IMG/VR virus record: IMGVR_UViG_3300020047_012036
Span: 1-37,218 of that record
Reading direction: 5' to 3' (one strand)
DNA from: a virus
Length of the DNA stretch: 37,218 nt
The position numbers were made by a program, and so were the translations under genes. The notes beneath the pieces were generated by a model, which saw only the letters and a list, made by a program, of their open reading frames with translations, was not told where the DNA came from and did not search any database. This document shows, one piece after another, positions 8,670 through 17,578 of the stretch (position 1 is the first letter of the stretch; every line of letters begins with the position of its first letter).

Positions 8670-9587
8670 TTAGTTCATGCCAGACTGGCGCAGTTCTTCT
8701 TTGGCCAATTGGCTCAGTTGATCGTATGATTTGCTGCGGATGTCTAATTTCGAAGTTGGTTTTTGGTTCCCGCCGGGGGTTGGTTTTCCACCAATAATCC
8801 CTTGGGCTTTTTTATCCCGACTGTCCTTGAGCATCTGCTCTTTGGCGCGGGTTTCAGCGAGTTTGGTGAGTTCGTCGTGGTAAAAATCTCTGAATGCGGC
8901 CCGGAAGTTCTTGATGCCAGTTTTAGCGGCATGTTCGATGACCCGGAATTCTAAAGATTTGCCCAACTCGTCCCGCTGGTCGAAGTCGATATCTTTGTAT
9001 TCATTTTTCACACCTTTGATTTCATTGTCAAGGGCGCTGTCTTCTTTTTCAATGTCAAAGGACTTGAACCGCTCTGACAGTTGGGTTTCGAGCCCCTTGA
9101 TCTGGTCGTGGAGGCTGATGACAGTTTTCGTTAGGGGGTTGTCTGGATCCGCCATAAGACCGGACTTCCATTGATCCCGGCGATTCCACTGCTCCTCAAG
9201 GAATTTGTTATAGTCAGGGTTTTCCTTGGCAAAGCGCTCATATTCTTCCCAGCGCTTGACCCGGGATTCAAGATCCCCTTTGGTTTTTTCAAAATCCCCA
9301 AGCTGTTTGTTAAGACCTTCCATATGTTGGGCATAATTATACCCTTGAGAAGCCCGCTTCAGGATCATTTCCAAAGGTTCGCGAATAGGCTTACCGTTGG
9401 CGGTGTATTCTACCTCGTCTTTAATTCTTGAGGTCCACCATGGCTCCTCTTTTTTTCCCGCGTCGGGTGGTGGGGTGCCAGGTGATTCGGTGGACTTGGG
9501 TGCGGCGTCCATACCTGGAGCTGGATTTTCATTGCCTTGCCCTCCTCCGACCGAAGAAAGCATTTCCTGTGCGCTCATTCCATCCAT
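8670..9587 (-). CDS. Scaffolding protein, 305 aa.
   Basis: Highly charged, helical, Lys/Glu/Asp-rich sequence between portal and capsid. The ATG at 9587 (MDGMSAQEM) is preceded by GAGGTG; the track start at 9596 is GTG and overlaps the SD. Confidence 0.7.
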   Translation of the reverse strand: MDGMSAQEMLSSVGGGQGNENPAPGMDAAPKSTESPGTPPPDAGKKEEPWWTSRIKDEVEYTANGKPIREPLEMILKRASQGYNYAQHMEGLNKQLGDFEKTKGDLESRVKRWEEYERFAKENPDYNKFLEEQWNRRDQWKSGLMADPDNPLTKTVISLHDQIKGLETQLSERFKSFDIEKEDSALDNEIKGVKNEYKDIDFDQRDELGKSLEFRVIEHAAKTGIKNFRAAFRDFYHDELTKLAETRAKEQMLKDSRDKKAQGIIGGKPTPGGNQKPTSKLDIRSKSYDQLSQLAKEELRQSGMN

Positions 9588-9622
9588 AGAATTCACCTCA
9601 AAAATTAAAAATCAAAATGTTA

Positions 9623-9934
9623 TTAGCGAGTTTGCGGACCTGCCGGCATAGCTCCACTTCCGCCCGCTTCCATGGGTGCGGTATTGGTAGCTTGAGCAGG
9701 CTGTTGGCCGCCCTGGCCACCCATCGCTGAAACCACACCCTCAAATCCCTTCAGAACAGTTTCCATCTGCTGCTTAACCCCGGGGTCGATCCCTTGAGCC
9801 TTAGCGACCACGGTCATTAAAACATTGAGGCCATCGTAAAGGTTGGAAACAAGACTACCAAGGTCGCCCCCTTGTTCCTGTCCTTCGTCTTCCGCCATCT
9901 GTCCCTGATCCCCTTGAGCTGGTGTCTGTTCCAT
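9623..9934 (-). CDS. Small acidic Gly/Gln-rich protein, 103 aa.
   Basis: ATG at 9934 preceded by TAGGGGGA. Lies between portal and scaffold. Confidence 0.55.
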   Translation of the reverse strand: MEQTPAQGDQGQMAEDEGQEQGGDLGSLVSNLYDGLNVLMTVVAKAQGIDPGVKQQMETVLKGFEGVVSAMGGQGGQQPAQATNTAPMEAGGSGAMPAGPQTR

Positions 9935-9942
9935 AAATCCCC

Positions 9943-11772
9943 CTAGGCCGGTTGGCCTTGTTGTTGAGCCGCTTGAGCGGCCTGCTGTTCCATGCGTTTT
10001 TGCATCCGATCAATGACCGCCTCGACGTTCGGGTAATCAATGCCGCGCAGTAATTCCTCGGCGTCAATAACCTGGCGATCGAAAAGGTTGAATAGGCGCT
10101 GTTCGTTTTGTGCCTTGGCAAACGGGAGACTTGAGCCGGTGGTGGCTTTTACGTCAAGTTCCCTGCCTGCAAATATCTCTTGGGTGCGTTCCTCTGGCAT
10201 ATAGTCGCCATCCCCAAGGTCTTTCCACTTTTTGATTTTGAAGTATTTGCCGTCTTCTCGCTCGACCACTTCCATTTTGAAATACTTTTGAGCCCCATCC
10301 TTGCCCGTGATGCGAACAACCCGGGGGGCTGAGTAAAATTGAAGCACGCGGGAAACATACCGTTGCCCGATCATTTCAAAGGTAGCGTCCAAGTTTCTCA
10401 TCTTAAGTCTGGTTCTGGTTTGGGCTGCGGACTGAAGTTGCTCAATAGCCGAGGCCGCCGATACCCCGCCCCCGGTAATGCCGCGGGTGATGTCGTTACT
10501 GCCCCCGATCTCATCAAACCAAAGCTTCATGCGCTCAATCAACTGCAGGACATAGGGTTGCAGTTGGACGCCTTCTTCACGGCGGACCTCGGTCCCCTGG
10601 GTTTTCTCAACCACCATCCCGGGCCGGTTGTAAAGGTTATCGGTATCGACGCCCGCCGATGTGTCGATCACCCAAATCGGATTACCCATCAAGGTCATGA
10701 CGTCGAGGGCGAACGAAACCAGCTTGTTGAAAGTCTGTTGGGGACCGGATAACTGCTCAACTTCGGAAATCCCCCAAAAAGATCGGGGGTCGACATAGTT
10801 TTTCCAAGTGGCGAATGGGATCTTGAGGTCGTCGAACGGCAATTCATCGTCATGAAGCAGGACGTTGCCAACCATGCAGATTTTGCGTCCGCGGGGATAT
10901 TTCAACTTAAATTGCTGCTCGCCGTTTTCCCCTTCGATTTTCTCACCTTCCCATGATCCGTCGGGGTTGATGAATTCCGGGGTCATGTAAATTTCTACGT
11001 AAAGTGCGGTATCGTCCTTTTGCCATCCGTCAGGCTTTGATTCCCAATCGACCTTGATATGGCCATCCAGAGGGTGCCGCAAGGTTGTTTCACCGTTGGC
11101 TGCTTTTTGTTGTTTTACGAAATTGTCGCAGTCAGGCTTGATAAAGGACGCCTTGTCGGGGTACCGGGCCTTAATCCAAGATGTGGGCTTAGGTTCGGCG
11201 TAGACAAAATAGGTGGCCGTGTCAGGGTCTTTGGCCTCGGGATCGGGAAAACAATAAAGGGGATCTTTTGTCCCCAAAGTTGTCGCGCCCACGCCTTTTA
11301 GCTTTTCCTGATCAAAGCCAATGTAAGCAACCCCGGTTCCATGGATATACCCGTCGAGGATCATTTCGGATATTTCCATCAGCCAATTGAATTTATCCCA
11401 ATCGGCCACAAATAGCTCGTCAACCAGGTCGGCAAATTCACGATCTTGGGGCTCTTGCGGCAAAAAGTTGACCCGGGGGTTGCCGTCGGTCAGGAGGGGG
11501 CTCAGGGATTGGATATTTTGAAAAACAAAGTTGATAACCTCAGAATGTCGATAGGATGGGCGCTTTTCCTGCCACTGATCGCCGCGGAACATCCGGTAAT
11601 ATTGAAGCCAGCGGGTGTCGTAATTTGACCGGGCCTTTTTTGCGATTCTTAATAGACGGTGGCCAAGTTTGACGGCTTTTTCTTCTTCTGGCGTTGGTTT
11701 ATAGTCCGCCGAACTGGCTGCCTCGACTGGCTGGTCTTTAACCCGGGGCTCATGTTCCGTTTGGATTGCCAT
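9943..11772 (-). CDS. Portal protein, 609 aa.
   Basis: Size, position after terL, and the N-terminal pattern NYDTRWLQYYRMFRGDQW typical of podoviral portals. Gln/Ala-rich C-terminal tail. Confidence 0.85.
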   Translation of the reverse strand: MAIQTEHEPRVKDQPVEAASSADYKPTPEEEKAVKLGHRLLRIAKKARSNYDTRWLQYYRMFRGDQWQEKRPSYRHSEVINFVFQNIQSLSPLLTDGNPRVNFLPQEPQDREFADLVDELFVADWDKFNWLMEISEMILDGYIHGTGVAYIGFDQEKLKGVGATTLGTKDPLYCFPDPEAKDPDTATYFVYAEPKPTSWIKARYPDKASFIKPDCDNFVKQQKAANGETTLRHPLDGHIKVDWESKPDGWQKDDTALYVEIYMTPEFINPDGSWEGEKIEGENGEQQFKLKYPRGRKICMVGNVLLHDDELPFDDLKIPFATWKNYVDPRSFWGISEVEQLSGPQQTFNKLVSFALDVMTLMGNPIWVIDTSAGVDTDNLYNRPGMVVEKTQGTEVRREEGVQLQPYVLQLIERMKLWFDEIGGSNDITRGITGGGVSAASAIEQLQSAAQTRTRLKMRNLDATFEMIGQRYVSRVLQFYSAPRVVRITGKDGAQKYFKMEVVEREDGKYFKIKKWKDLGDGDYMPEERTQEIFAGRELDVKATTGSSLPFAKAQNEQRLFNLFDRQVIDAEELLRGIDYPNVEAVIDRMQKRMEQQAAQAAQQQGQPA

Positions 11773-11774
11773 CT

Positions 11775-12110
11775 TTAAACCTCATTCCATCGGCGGGCGC
11801 ATTTTTCTTCGATTTGCTTTTCGCTGGATGCGTGAAGCTTGTTCGGATCCTCATTGCCTATTTCTTCGACACCGTATTTTCGCATGAGTTCCTTTTTGTG
11901 TCGATTACTCTTAACAATTTGGCCAAAGGCGGGGGAATATTCAGCCTTGTTCCAATCGTCTGCGCCGTAAAAATGGAAAGTCCGGGCGATGGTTCGCTTT
12001 GTGTCCGCTGATTTACAACTTGCGCAGTTCTCTGGGTTGTCAATTTCTGCAATTCTTTTCGTAACCTCAAATTCATGACCGCACGCAATGCAGATATAGG
12101 GGTAGATCAA
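11775..12110 (-). CDS. FmdB/CxxC zinc-ribbon family protein, 111 aa.
   Basis: YPYICIACGHEFEV...CASCKS matches the CxxC...CxxC zinc ribbon signature. TTG start at 12110 overlaps the terL stop (TTGA). Confidence 0.6.
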   Translation of the reverse strand: MIYPYICIACGHEFEVTKRIAEIDNPENCASCKSADTKRTIARTFHFYGADDWNKAEYSPAFGQIVKSNRHKKELMRKYGVEEIGNEDPNKLHASSEKQIEEKCARRWNEV

Positions 12111-13426
12111 GCGCTAAACCTCTCGGAAAACTGGTCTCCTCGACCGATTCTTCTTCTCTTTTGTGCTCTGCGGATTGGATCGCTGGTTTCTCCCGGGATT
12201 ATAACCGAGCGTCTCGGCCCGTCAACCATGCATTCCATAATCGTTATATATCGGTTGGTGTCCATGGCGTGGTCATTAACTTTGACCGGGTTCTTTTCCT
12301 TAATGTCTTTGTCTACCTTCATTTCGTCGGGGGCCGGGTAATGGTAGCTTTCGTACTCATCGACCGTGTGGGGGCTGGTCCCCGCGAAGATCTTATACCG
12401 CCCGGATTTGATCAACTGATAATGGCGGTCGATCCCCGCCTCAATGGTGTTATCAGCCGCCATAGCCCTAAGCCCTGCTTTGTTGAGCTCAAGAATTAAG
12501 GCGATGGCCGAGGGGTCGCACCAGAAATATTCGATGCCCCATATTTTCGCCTTGGCCTTGGCGATGTCGACCATTTCGGTAATTCTTAAGCCGCTCTTAT
12601 AATGCTCTGACACCTGGTAATGCTCGCCGTTGGGCAGGATGGCTCTGACGGTCAGGACAAATGGGTTGGTGGTACCGAAGTCAATGCCCCCCACAAACCT
12701 GGTCCGCTCTGGGAGAGTAAACGGCGCAACCAGGCAGTCGTCATTCCAGCAGTCATAGACAAGGCCGTCCATTTTGTCGAATTCCCCACCGAACATCATC
12801 TTGAACCGACGGGGGTCCATGGTGCGCTTGCGTTTTTCGTATGCGTGTCGATTAAAATATAGGTTTTCGAGGCTGGTGGCTTGAAATATCCGGGCTTCTG
12901 GTAATGCCGATGGGTCGCGGCGCTTTGGCTTAATGAGATCTTTCCACACCCAATTCAAGGAATAGGGCGAGGTAACAAGGAATATGGGGGCGTCAAGAAA
13001 CCCCGCCCGACCTTGGATGTTTTCCCAGAAATAAAGGCTGTAAAGCCCAGCCTCATCCCCCAGGATCGCTCGGACGTTTGTCATACCAACTATGGAATCG
13101 GGTTTAGTGCCGGTACGAAACCATACCTTGCCCCCATTGTAAATCTGAAAATACATGTCCCCGGGATGGAATTTCCCCAGGCCTTCCATAGCCCGGAGAA
13201 ATGGGGGGAGGGTTGATTGTTGCAGAATCGGGTAGGTTGGACTTGTAATGATGAAATTATCATCAGGTGAGCGATACTTATGGCACTGCATTTTCAGCCA
13301 GAGCGATCCGACTGTTGTTTTCCCCCACTGGATCCCGGTGGCACACAGGACAAGCTTGACCTCGGGATTATCCTCGGTAGCAAAAAGAGCTTCTTCCTGC
13401 TTTGTCGAATGGGGGGTAAATAGCAT
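12107..13426 (-). CDS. terL: Terminase large subunit, 439 aa.
   Basis: Walker A-like GIQWGKTT, Walker B ILGDEAG, and C-terminal nuclease acidic motifs GGIDFGTTNPF and VNDHAMDTNRY. Confidence 0.9.
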   Translation of the reverse strand: MLFTPHSTKQEEALFATEDNPEVKLVLCATGIQWGKTTVGSLWLKMQCHKYRSPDDNFIITSPTYPILQQSTLPPFLRAMEGLGKFHPGDMYFQIYNGGKVWFRTGTKPDSIVGMTNVRAILGDEAGLYSLYFWENIQGRAGFLDAPIFLVTSPYSLNWVWKDLIKPKRRDPSALPEARIFQATSLENLYFNRHAYEKRKRTMDPRRFKMMFGGEFDKMDGLVYDCWNDDCLVAPFTLPERTRFVGGIDFGTTNPFVLTVRAILPNGEHYQVSEHYKSGLRITEMVDIAKAKAKIWGIEYFWCDPSAIALILELNKAGLRAMAADNTIEAGIDRHYQLIKSGRYKIFAGTSPHTVDEYESYHYPAPDEMKVDKDIKEKNPVKVNDHAMDTNRYITIMECMVDGPRRSVIIPGETSDPIRRAQKRRRIGRGDQFSERFSA

Positions 13427-14337
13427 CAGGCTCCGAAGTGTTCGGTTGTTAAAAACTCGCCGTCAGCAAGTTCCCTTGCCTTCATTATAAGACTGTCATT
13501 GATATCTGAGTCAAGGGGTTGGACCTTGTTATACACTTTTTGCCGACTGCGGACGACTTTAACCTCCCCATCGATGTTGGCAAAGCCTCGCTTATGATCC
13601 TCGACAAACTCAATATCACCATAGTCCACCGAGTAAACGTAATCACCCGCCTCAATCTTAGTGACCATGGCCATAAATATATCTGACGGCACGCTATGGG
13701 GCCAGTCCGGGGAGGTTCGCTGGGCGCTCGATGGGCGAAAGTGCTTTTCCACGTAATCTATGCCGTAGAGGGCTGCGTTGACGGCCAACTCCTCATCCTC
13801 GGTATGGTCTGACAGCCCGATCTTAAGGTAGGGGAACTGCTGTTTGAGAATTAGAATATTCGTCAGGTCATATTGGGTTTTGTCAGCCGGATAGCATGGG
13901 ATGCAATATAGCAACCCGTCGCCGTCGACAGCCCCCAACTTGTTCGCTTTCACGATCCGCTCAATCTCATCAATACCGGATCCTCCCGTTGAAATGATGC
14001 GGGGTATTTTGCGCGGGAAATTGAACACCATATTGTTTTCAGCCGAGGCCACCTTGTAAAAATCGACGTGACGGGAAACGAGGTCAACCCCCTCCTGGGA
14101 AAAGGCAGAAATACCGAACATCAACCCCTCATCCTGGGCCGCTTGCCGCAGCTTAGGGATCCATGCCCCGTTCAGCAGCCGGTCGCTACTGCCCCGGCCA
14201 TATAGCTCGACCTCATTGAAAAACTGGAACTTGACGGCATCGGCCCCAGCCTGCGCTGCCTCGGTAATTGCGAGTAAGGCTGAGCTGAAGGAATCGATGT
14301 TGCTGCCGATTTCGGCAATAAAAATAGGCCTTTTCAT
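13426..14337 (-). CDS. NeuB/PseI/LegI-family nonulosonic acid synthase, 303 aa.
   Basis: IAEIGSNIDSFSSALLAITEAAQAGADAVKFQFF, YKVASAENN, IISTGGSGIDEIERIV and YCIPCYPA...IGLSDHT align with NeuB-family hallmark segments. The stop shares one base with the terL ATG. Confidence 0.8.
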   Translation of the reverse strand: MKRPIFIAEIGSNIDSFSSALLAITEAAQAGADAVKFQFFNEVELYGRGSSDRLLNGAWIPKLRQAAQDEGLMFGISAFSQEGVDLVSRHVDFYKVASAENNMVFNFPRKIPRIISTGGSGIDEIERIVKANKLGAVDGDGLLYCIPCYPADKTQYDLTNILILKQQFPYLKIGLSDHTEDEELAVNAALYGIDYVEKHFRPSSAQRTSPDWPHSVPSDIFMAMVTKIEAGDYVYSVDYGDIEFVEDHKRGFANIDGEVKVVRSRQKVYNKVQPLDSDINDSLIMKARELADGEFLTTEHFGA

Positions 14338-14366
14338 TGACTAAACTCCAAATAATAATTTCTGAT

Positions 14367-14440
14367 GGTAATTATTTACCTTAGAAAAAGGTTTAAATAA
14401 ATAGGTGTTTTACCTTATTGTTTCATGGGTTTATAAGGTA
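14367..14440. promoter_or_regulatory. Repeated half-sites in the only divergent intergenic region; candidate operator or promoter region.
   Basis: Palindrome GGTAAttatTTACC (14367-14380). TTTACCTTA occurs at 14375-14383 and 14409-14417. The inverted copy TAAGGTA is at 14434-14440. The region is AT-rich and lies between the minus-strand NeuB-like gene and the plus-strand island. Confidence 0.35.
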
Positions 14441-14520
14441 GCCTAAAGTTTTAATAGAAAAAGCCGACAAGTGTTTTATCGAAGCAATCAAGCTTCGGGA
14501 AAACATGAGAGGCCGAACAA

Positions 14521-14808
14521 ATGAAAACCCTGAAAAGCCAGGAAGCCATCGAAAAAGCCCAAGCCCTCCAGCAAGCCATTCAGTACCGCAAGGCCATGGA
14601 AAAGAACGAAAAAGAGCTCAAGGACTGGTTTATGACCGCCTTGGCTGGGGAAAATTCCGCGAAAGTCGGGGATATCCTAATTGTCATCACCGACGCCCAA
14701 ACCACCACCATCGACAGAAAGGCCCTTGCCGCCGACCAGGGCGACGAATTCGTAGCGGCCTATACCAAGGTGACCCCCTACCGCAAATTGGAGGTTAAAA
14801 AGGCATGA
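14521..14808 (+). CDS. Hypothetical coiled-coil protein, 95 aa; first gene of the plus-strand island.
   Basis: ATG at 14521 preceded by GAGAGG. Clean ORF on the otherwise silent strand. Confidence 0.6.
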   Translation: MKTLKSQEAIEKAQALQQAIQYRKAMEKNEKELKDWFMTALAGENSAKVGDILIVITDAQTTTIDRKALAADQGDEFVAAYTKVTPYRKLEVKKA

Positions 14809-15095
14809 GGAAGGTTTGCCGGGTGTGTGGAGCCACCTTTACGGCCCTGCCCCCTGATGCCGTCGAAAACGCCATTGGCTGGTGGTTCAACTGCCACTGT
14901 AATTCAACCCTTTTAGTTCGGAGGACTTATGAAAGTTTGGTTGCCAATATTGATGCTAGCTGGGTGCGGTTCCACAAAGTCGGAATGGCGGGCCGCAACG
15001 GTCGAAGGTTTTTCCCTTACCTCGGACCACATAGCCTGCGACGCCACGGGGGTCGATTCTTACAGTGTGACCGCCAATTTCGCGGTTGGGGCTGA
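14805..15095 (+). CDS. Possible small Cys-rich protein, 96 aa. Its 3' part overlaps the next gene by 167 nt.
   Basis: ATGA overlap with the previous gene and GGAGG 10 nt upstream. The N-terminus CRVCGATF...FNCHC looks like a zinc ribbon. The residues after about position 42 overlap a better-supported gene, so the true extent is uncertain. Confidence 0.35.
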   Translation: MRKVCRVCGATFTALPPDAVENAIGWWFNCHCNSTLLVRRTYESLVANIDASWVRFHKVGMAGRNGRRFFPYLGPHSLRRHGGRFLQCDRQFRGWG

Positions 15096-15393
15096 CACTG
15101 ATCGCCAATTGGAATGGAACAAGCTGGGGGCAATAGGACCGGCGGACAATCCCCCCGCGGATTGCGCTAACGGGGAAGTGACGGATAATGAAACCGCGCT
15201 GGGACCGATTACCTTTTACGATTTACAGCCCGGGGAATACGTGGTGGCGGTTTGTGTCGCCGACCAGTCTAAGGGGGTTGTATCGGGCCACCAGACGAAA
15301 ACCATCAAACTGAAGGAAACCGCTGAATGCCGTATCGAGGCTGAAACGCTTGAACAGGAGAGATTGGACGGCATTGAGGATGAACCGCTTTAG
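14929..15393 (+). CDS. Lipoprotein, 154 aa.
   Basis: GGAGG before the ATG. Signal peptide with lipobox MKVWLPILMLAGC. Confidence 0.7.
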   Translation: MKVWLPILMLAGCGSTKSEWRAATVEGFSLTSDHIACDATGVDSYSVTANFAVGADTDRQLEWNKLGAIGPADNPPADCANGEVTDNETALGPITFYDLQPGEYVVAVCVADQSKGVVSGHQTKTIKLKETAECRIEAETLEQERLDGIEDEPL

Positions 15394-15794
15394 TCATCGG
15401 CATCATCGTCATCCGTCCATTTAGATCCAAGGGCAATTTCCTCGCCGTTGGATCTTTTAATTATTGTGGGCTCGGGTAGGGAGTGCTGGATTTTCTCAGT
15501 CACCTTGCCGATTGACCGGTTGAATATGAAATCAAGCGAGTTAAAATCGCCTTTGTCTAAAGCTTTTTGATAAATCGCCCCGATAACCCTTTCGATCATC
15601 GGTGTGTCGGCTTGCATTAAGTGGATAGCAAGATCAGCCGATGACATTTCACTGAAAGCAGAAATGATCCGTTCGACTTTGGCTTGGGTCAGTTTATCAC
15701 CCTTCAAATGCTCGGGAATTTTAGGGCGACCGTTTGGGTTTAAAACCTGCCCCTTTTTAATATCTCTACCGCCGGACTTATAACCTTTTGCCAT
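15390..15794 (-). CDS. Putative DNA-binding protein or small terminase candidate, 134 aa.
   Basis: The basic N-terminus with NPNGRPK is seen in many small-terminase-like phage proteins. Acidic C-terminus. The gene is separated from terL by the plus-strand island, so the function is tentative. Confidence 0.4.
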   Translation of the reverse strand: MAKGYKSGGRDIKKGQVLNPNGRPKIPEHLKGDKLTQAKVERIISAFSEMSSADLAIHLMQADTPMIERVIGAIYQKALDKGDFNSLDFIFNRSIGKVTEKIQHSLPEPTIIKRSNGEEIALGSKWTDDDDADD

Positions 15795-15839
15795 TGTTAT
15801 ATCGCCTTATTGTCGTTTTTAATTATTTGAAGTCATTAT

Positions 15840-16106
15840 TTAAATATTTAAAGACATGGACTTGATATGCCCGCTGAGAATGGACTGAAGGCATAAATCA
15901 GCGTCATCAATATAAATTGGCGCGGGACTTCTCCCTTTCAGCGTCATGAGATGTTGGATGCTCATAATATTGTCGTACTGGTATTCCTTTCGAAGTTCCA
16001 TCGCCCGATTCTCGCTGAAGGTGATAACAAGGCCCCAATTCGCCTTAGCTTGATTCATAATTGTGGCAGTTTTGCCCATTTGATTGGATGCTATTATTTT
16101 CCGCAT
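15840..16106 (-). CDS. Hypothetical protein, 88 aa.
   Basis: ATG at 16106; overlaps the upstream gene by 13 nt; co-oriented early gene. Confidence 0.5.
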   Translation of the reverse strand: MRKIIASNQMGKTATIMNQAKANWGLVITFSENRAMELRKEYQYDNIMSIQHLMTLKGRSPAPIYIDDADLCLQSILSGHIKSMSLNI

Positions 16107-16369
16107 TTTACCACCTCATACTTCCTCTCAAAAGTTTCCTCATCGCACGGATAGATATCGTCCGGTCCGTTGTAAATGAGCCAGTCGGTATCATGCGAAA
16201 ATTGTATCCATGTGCCATGTTTCGCATTGAATACTTGAGGCAATATCCGTGGGTGATGCGTCAGTATTACTTGATTATCACGCATCAATATATATACCCA
16301 CCCCGGAATCGGCTCCCCGCACCCTTCGCGCCATGCCTCAATCTCAACGGGCTTTGATTTGAATCTCAT
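16094..16369 (-). CDS. Hypothetical protein, 91 aa.
   Basis: ATGA overlap with the upstream gene at 16366-16369. Confidence 0.55.
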   Translation of the reverse strand: MRFKSKPVEIEAWREGCGEPIPGWVYILMRDNQVILTHHPRILPQVFNAKHGTWIQFSHDTDWLIYNGPDDIYPCDEETFERKYEVVKCGK

Positions 16370-16581
16370 TTCTTCCCCTTCTTTTTATAACTGCAGTGGC
16401 ATTCACCCAGAGGATCAAAATGAAGCGCAATATATCCGCCACTAAAATAGTCCTTCTTCCCGCAAGTAGCGCAATATACCTTAAACTCATTACCCCAATT
16501 CATCTTATGATGGGCGGTTGATGGAACCCGCCATTCTGGGTGAGAGCATAATTTGCGGGAAAGCCATTCACGGAGATTCAT
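16366..16581 (-). CDS. Hypothetical Cys/His-rich protein, 71 aa.
   Basis: The internal ATG at 16581 (MNLREWL) forms an ATGA overlap with the upstream stop. Contains CATCGK...CHC. Confidence 0.5.
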   Translation of the reverse strand: MNLREWLSRKLCSHPEWRVPSTAHHKMNWGNEFKVYCATCGKKDYFSGGYIALHFDPLGECHCSYKKKGKK

Positions 16582-16724
16582 CCCTCTGTTTCCTTTACTA
16601 ATGCTTCGCTTTCTTTCCATTTATAAAGTCCGTCTTTGATCAAAAGTCGATATATATCCAAAGCCTGCTCCGGCGAATCGGCTTCAATAATCAACTCGAT
16701 TTTTGTGGATACTTTGTATTTCAT
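16578..16724 (-). CDS. Hypothetical small protein, 48 aa.
   Basis: ATG at 16724 (MKYKVSTK) preceded by AAAGGGGGTAGGG. The longer track ORF from 16769 lacks an SD. Confidence 0.45.
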   Translation of the reverse strand: MKYKVSTKIELIIEADSPEQALDIYRLLIKDGLYKWKESEALVKETEG

Positions 16725-17024
16725 CCCTACCCCCTTTAAAAGCCCCGCCGTCCCGACTTGAACGGGCATCTTGTTTGAGTTTTAATCCTGTCAATATACC
16801 GTGCGTTATGGCCACTCAGCACGATCCTCAAACCTGTTCTACCGTTTGAACTACAACGGGATATTAAGTGCCGTCTTTCCGGCTGTCATCTGTTTACCGT
16901 TCCGCAGAAAAGCTGGTTTAGTTATCGACTTTCCTTCGCCCAGCGCCAGCCATTTATTTGCTCGAAGACAGGTCATTCCGTCACTGGTTCTCAAGGCTAT
17001 AGCGACCAACCATAGCGCGGCAAT

Positions 17025-17052
17025 TCAAAATTATTCCGGCACCATAAAATCT
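17025..17052. repeat. 28 bp direct repeat, copy 1 of 2 (one mismatch against 17551-17578).
   Basis: tcaaaattattccggcaccataaaatct compared with tcataattattccggcaccataaaatct. A 24 nt core is identical. Confidence 0.9.
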
Positions 17053-17055
17053 GAT

Positions 17056-17258
<203 letters not shown>

Positions 17259-17271
<13 letters not shown>

Positions 17272-17540
17272 ACAGGAACCCCCTCAATCGATTTCCGTGC
17301 CGCATCAGTCACATCGAGAATCTCAATCGCTTGCAATAACTCGACCCGATCGACCATACATGGAAATTTGCAATTGCTAGGGTCCTTGGTTCCCTCCATT
17401 GCAAGCTGACTCAAGCTAGCCGCACCAGACCAATACCAAATACGCCGCGCTTTTCTTAACACAACCTCTTGACCGTTTCGTGATTCTAACTCGCCTGCAA
17501 ACACACCCGCTGAAAACGTCCGCACAAGCACATACTTCAT
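17259..17540 (-). CDS. Conserved phage hypothetical protein, 93 aa.
   Basis: ATG at 17540 (MKYVLVRTFSAGVFAGELESRNG...) preceded by AAAGGGA. The sequence resembles a widespread small phage protein family of unknown function as I recall it; I could not confirm the family name. Confidence 0.6.
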
Positions 17541-17550
17541 AAATTCCCTT

Positions 17551-17578
17551 TCATAATTATTCCGGCACCATAAAATCT
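17551..17578. repeat. 28 bp direct repeat, copy 2 of 2.
   Basis: See copy 1. This copy supplies the last codons (DFMVPE, then stop) of the gene 17557..17919. Confidence 0.9.

Noticed and set aside
16820-16865. tRNA-like segment on the minus strand (GTTC AAACGGTA GAAC, resembling a D-arm).
   Set aside because: I could not build an anticodon stem, T-arm (no GGTTCGA-like element) or acceptor pairing around it, so it is not a tRNA. tRNAscan-SE would settle the question.
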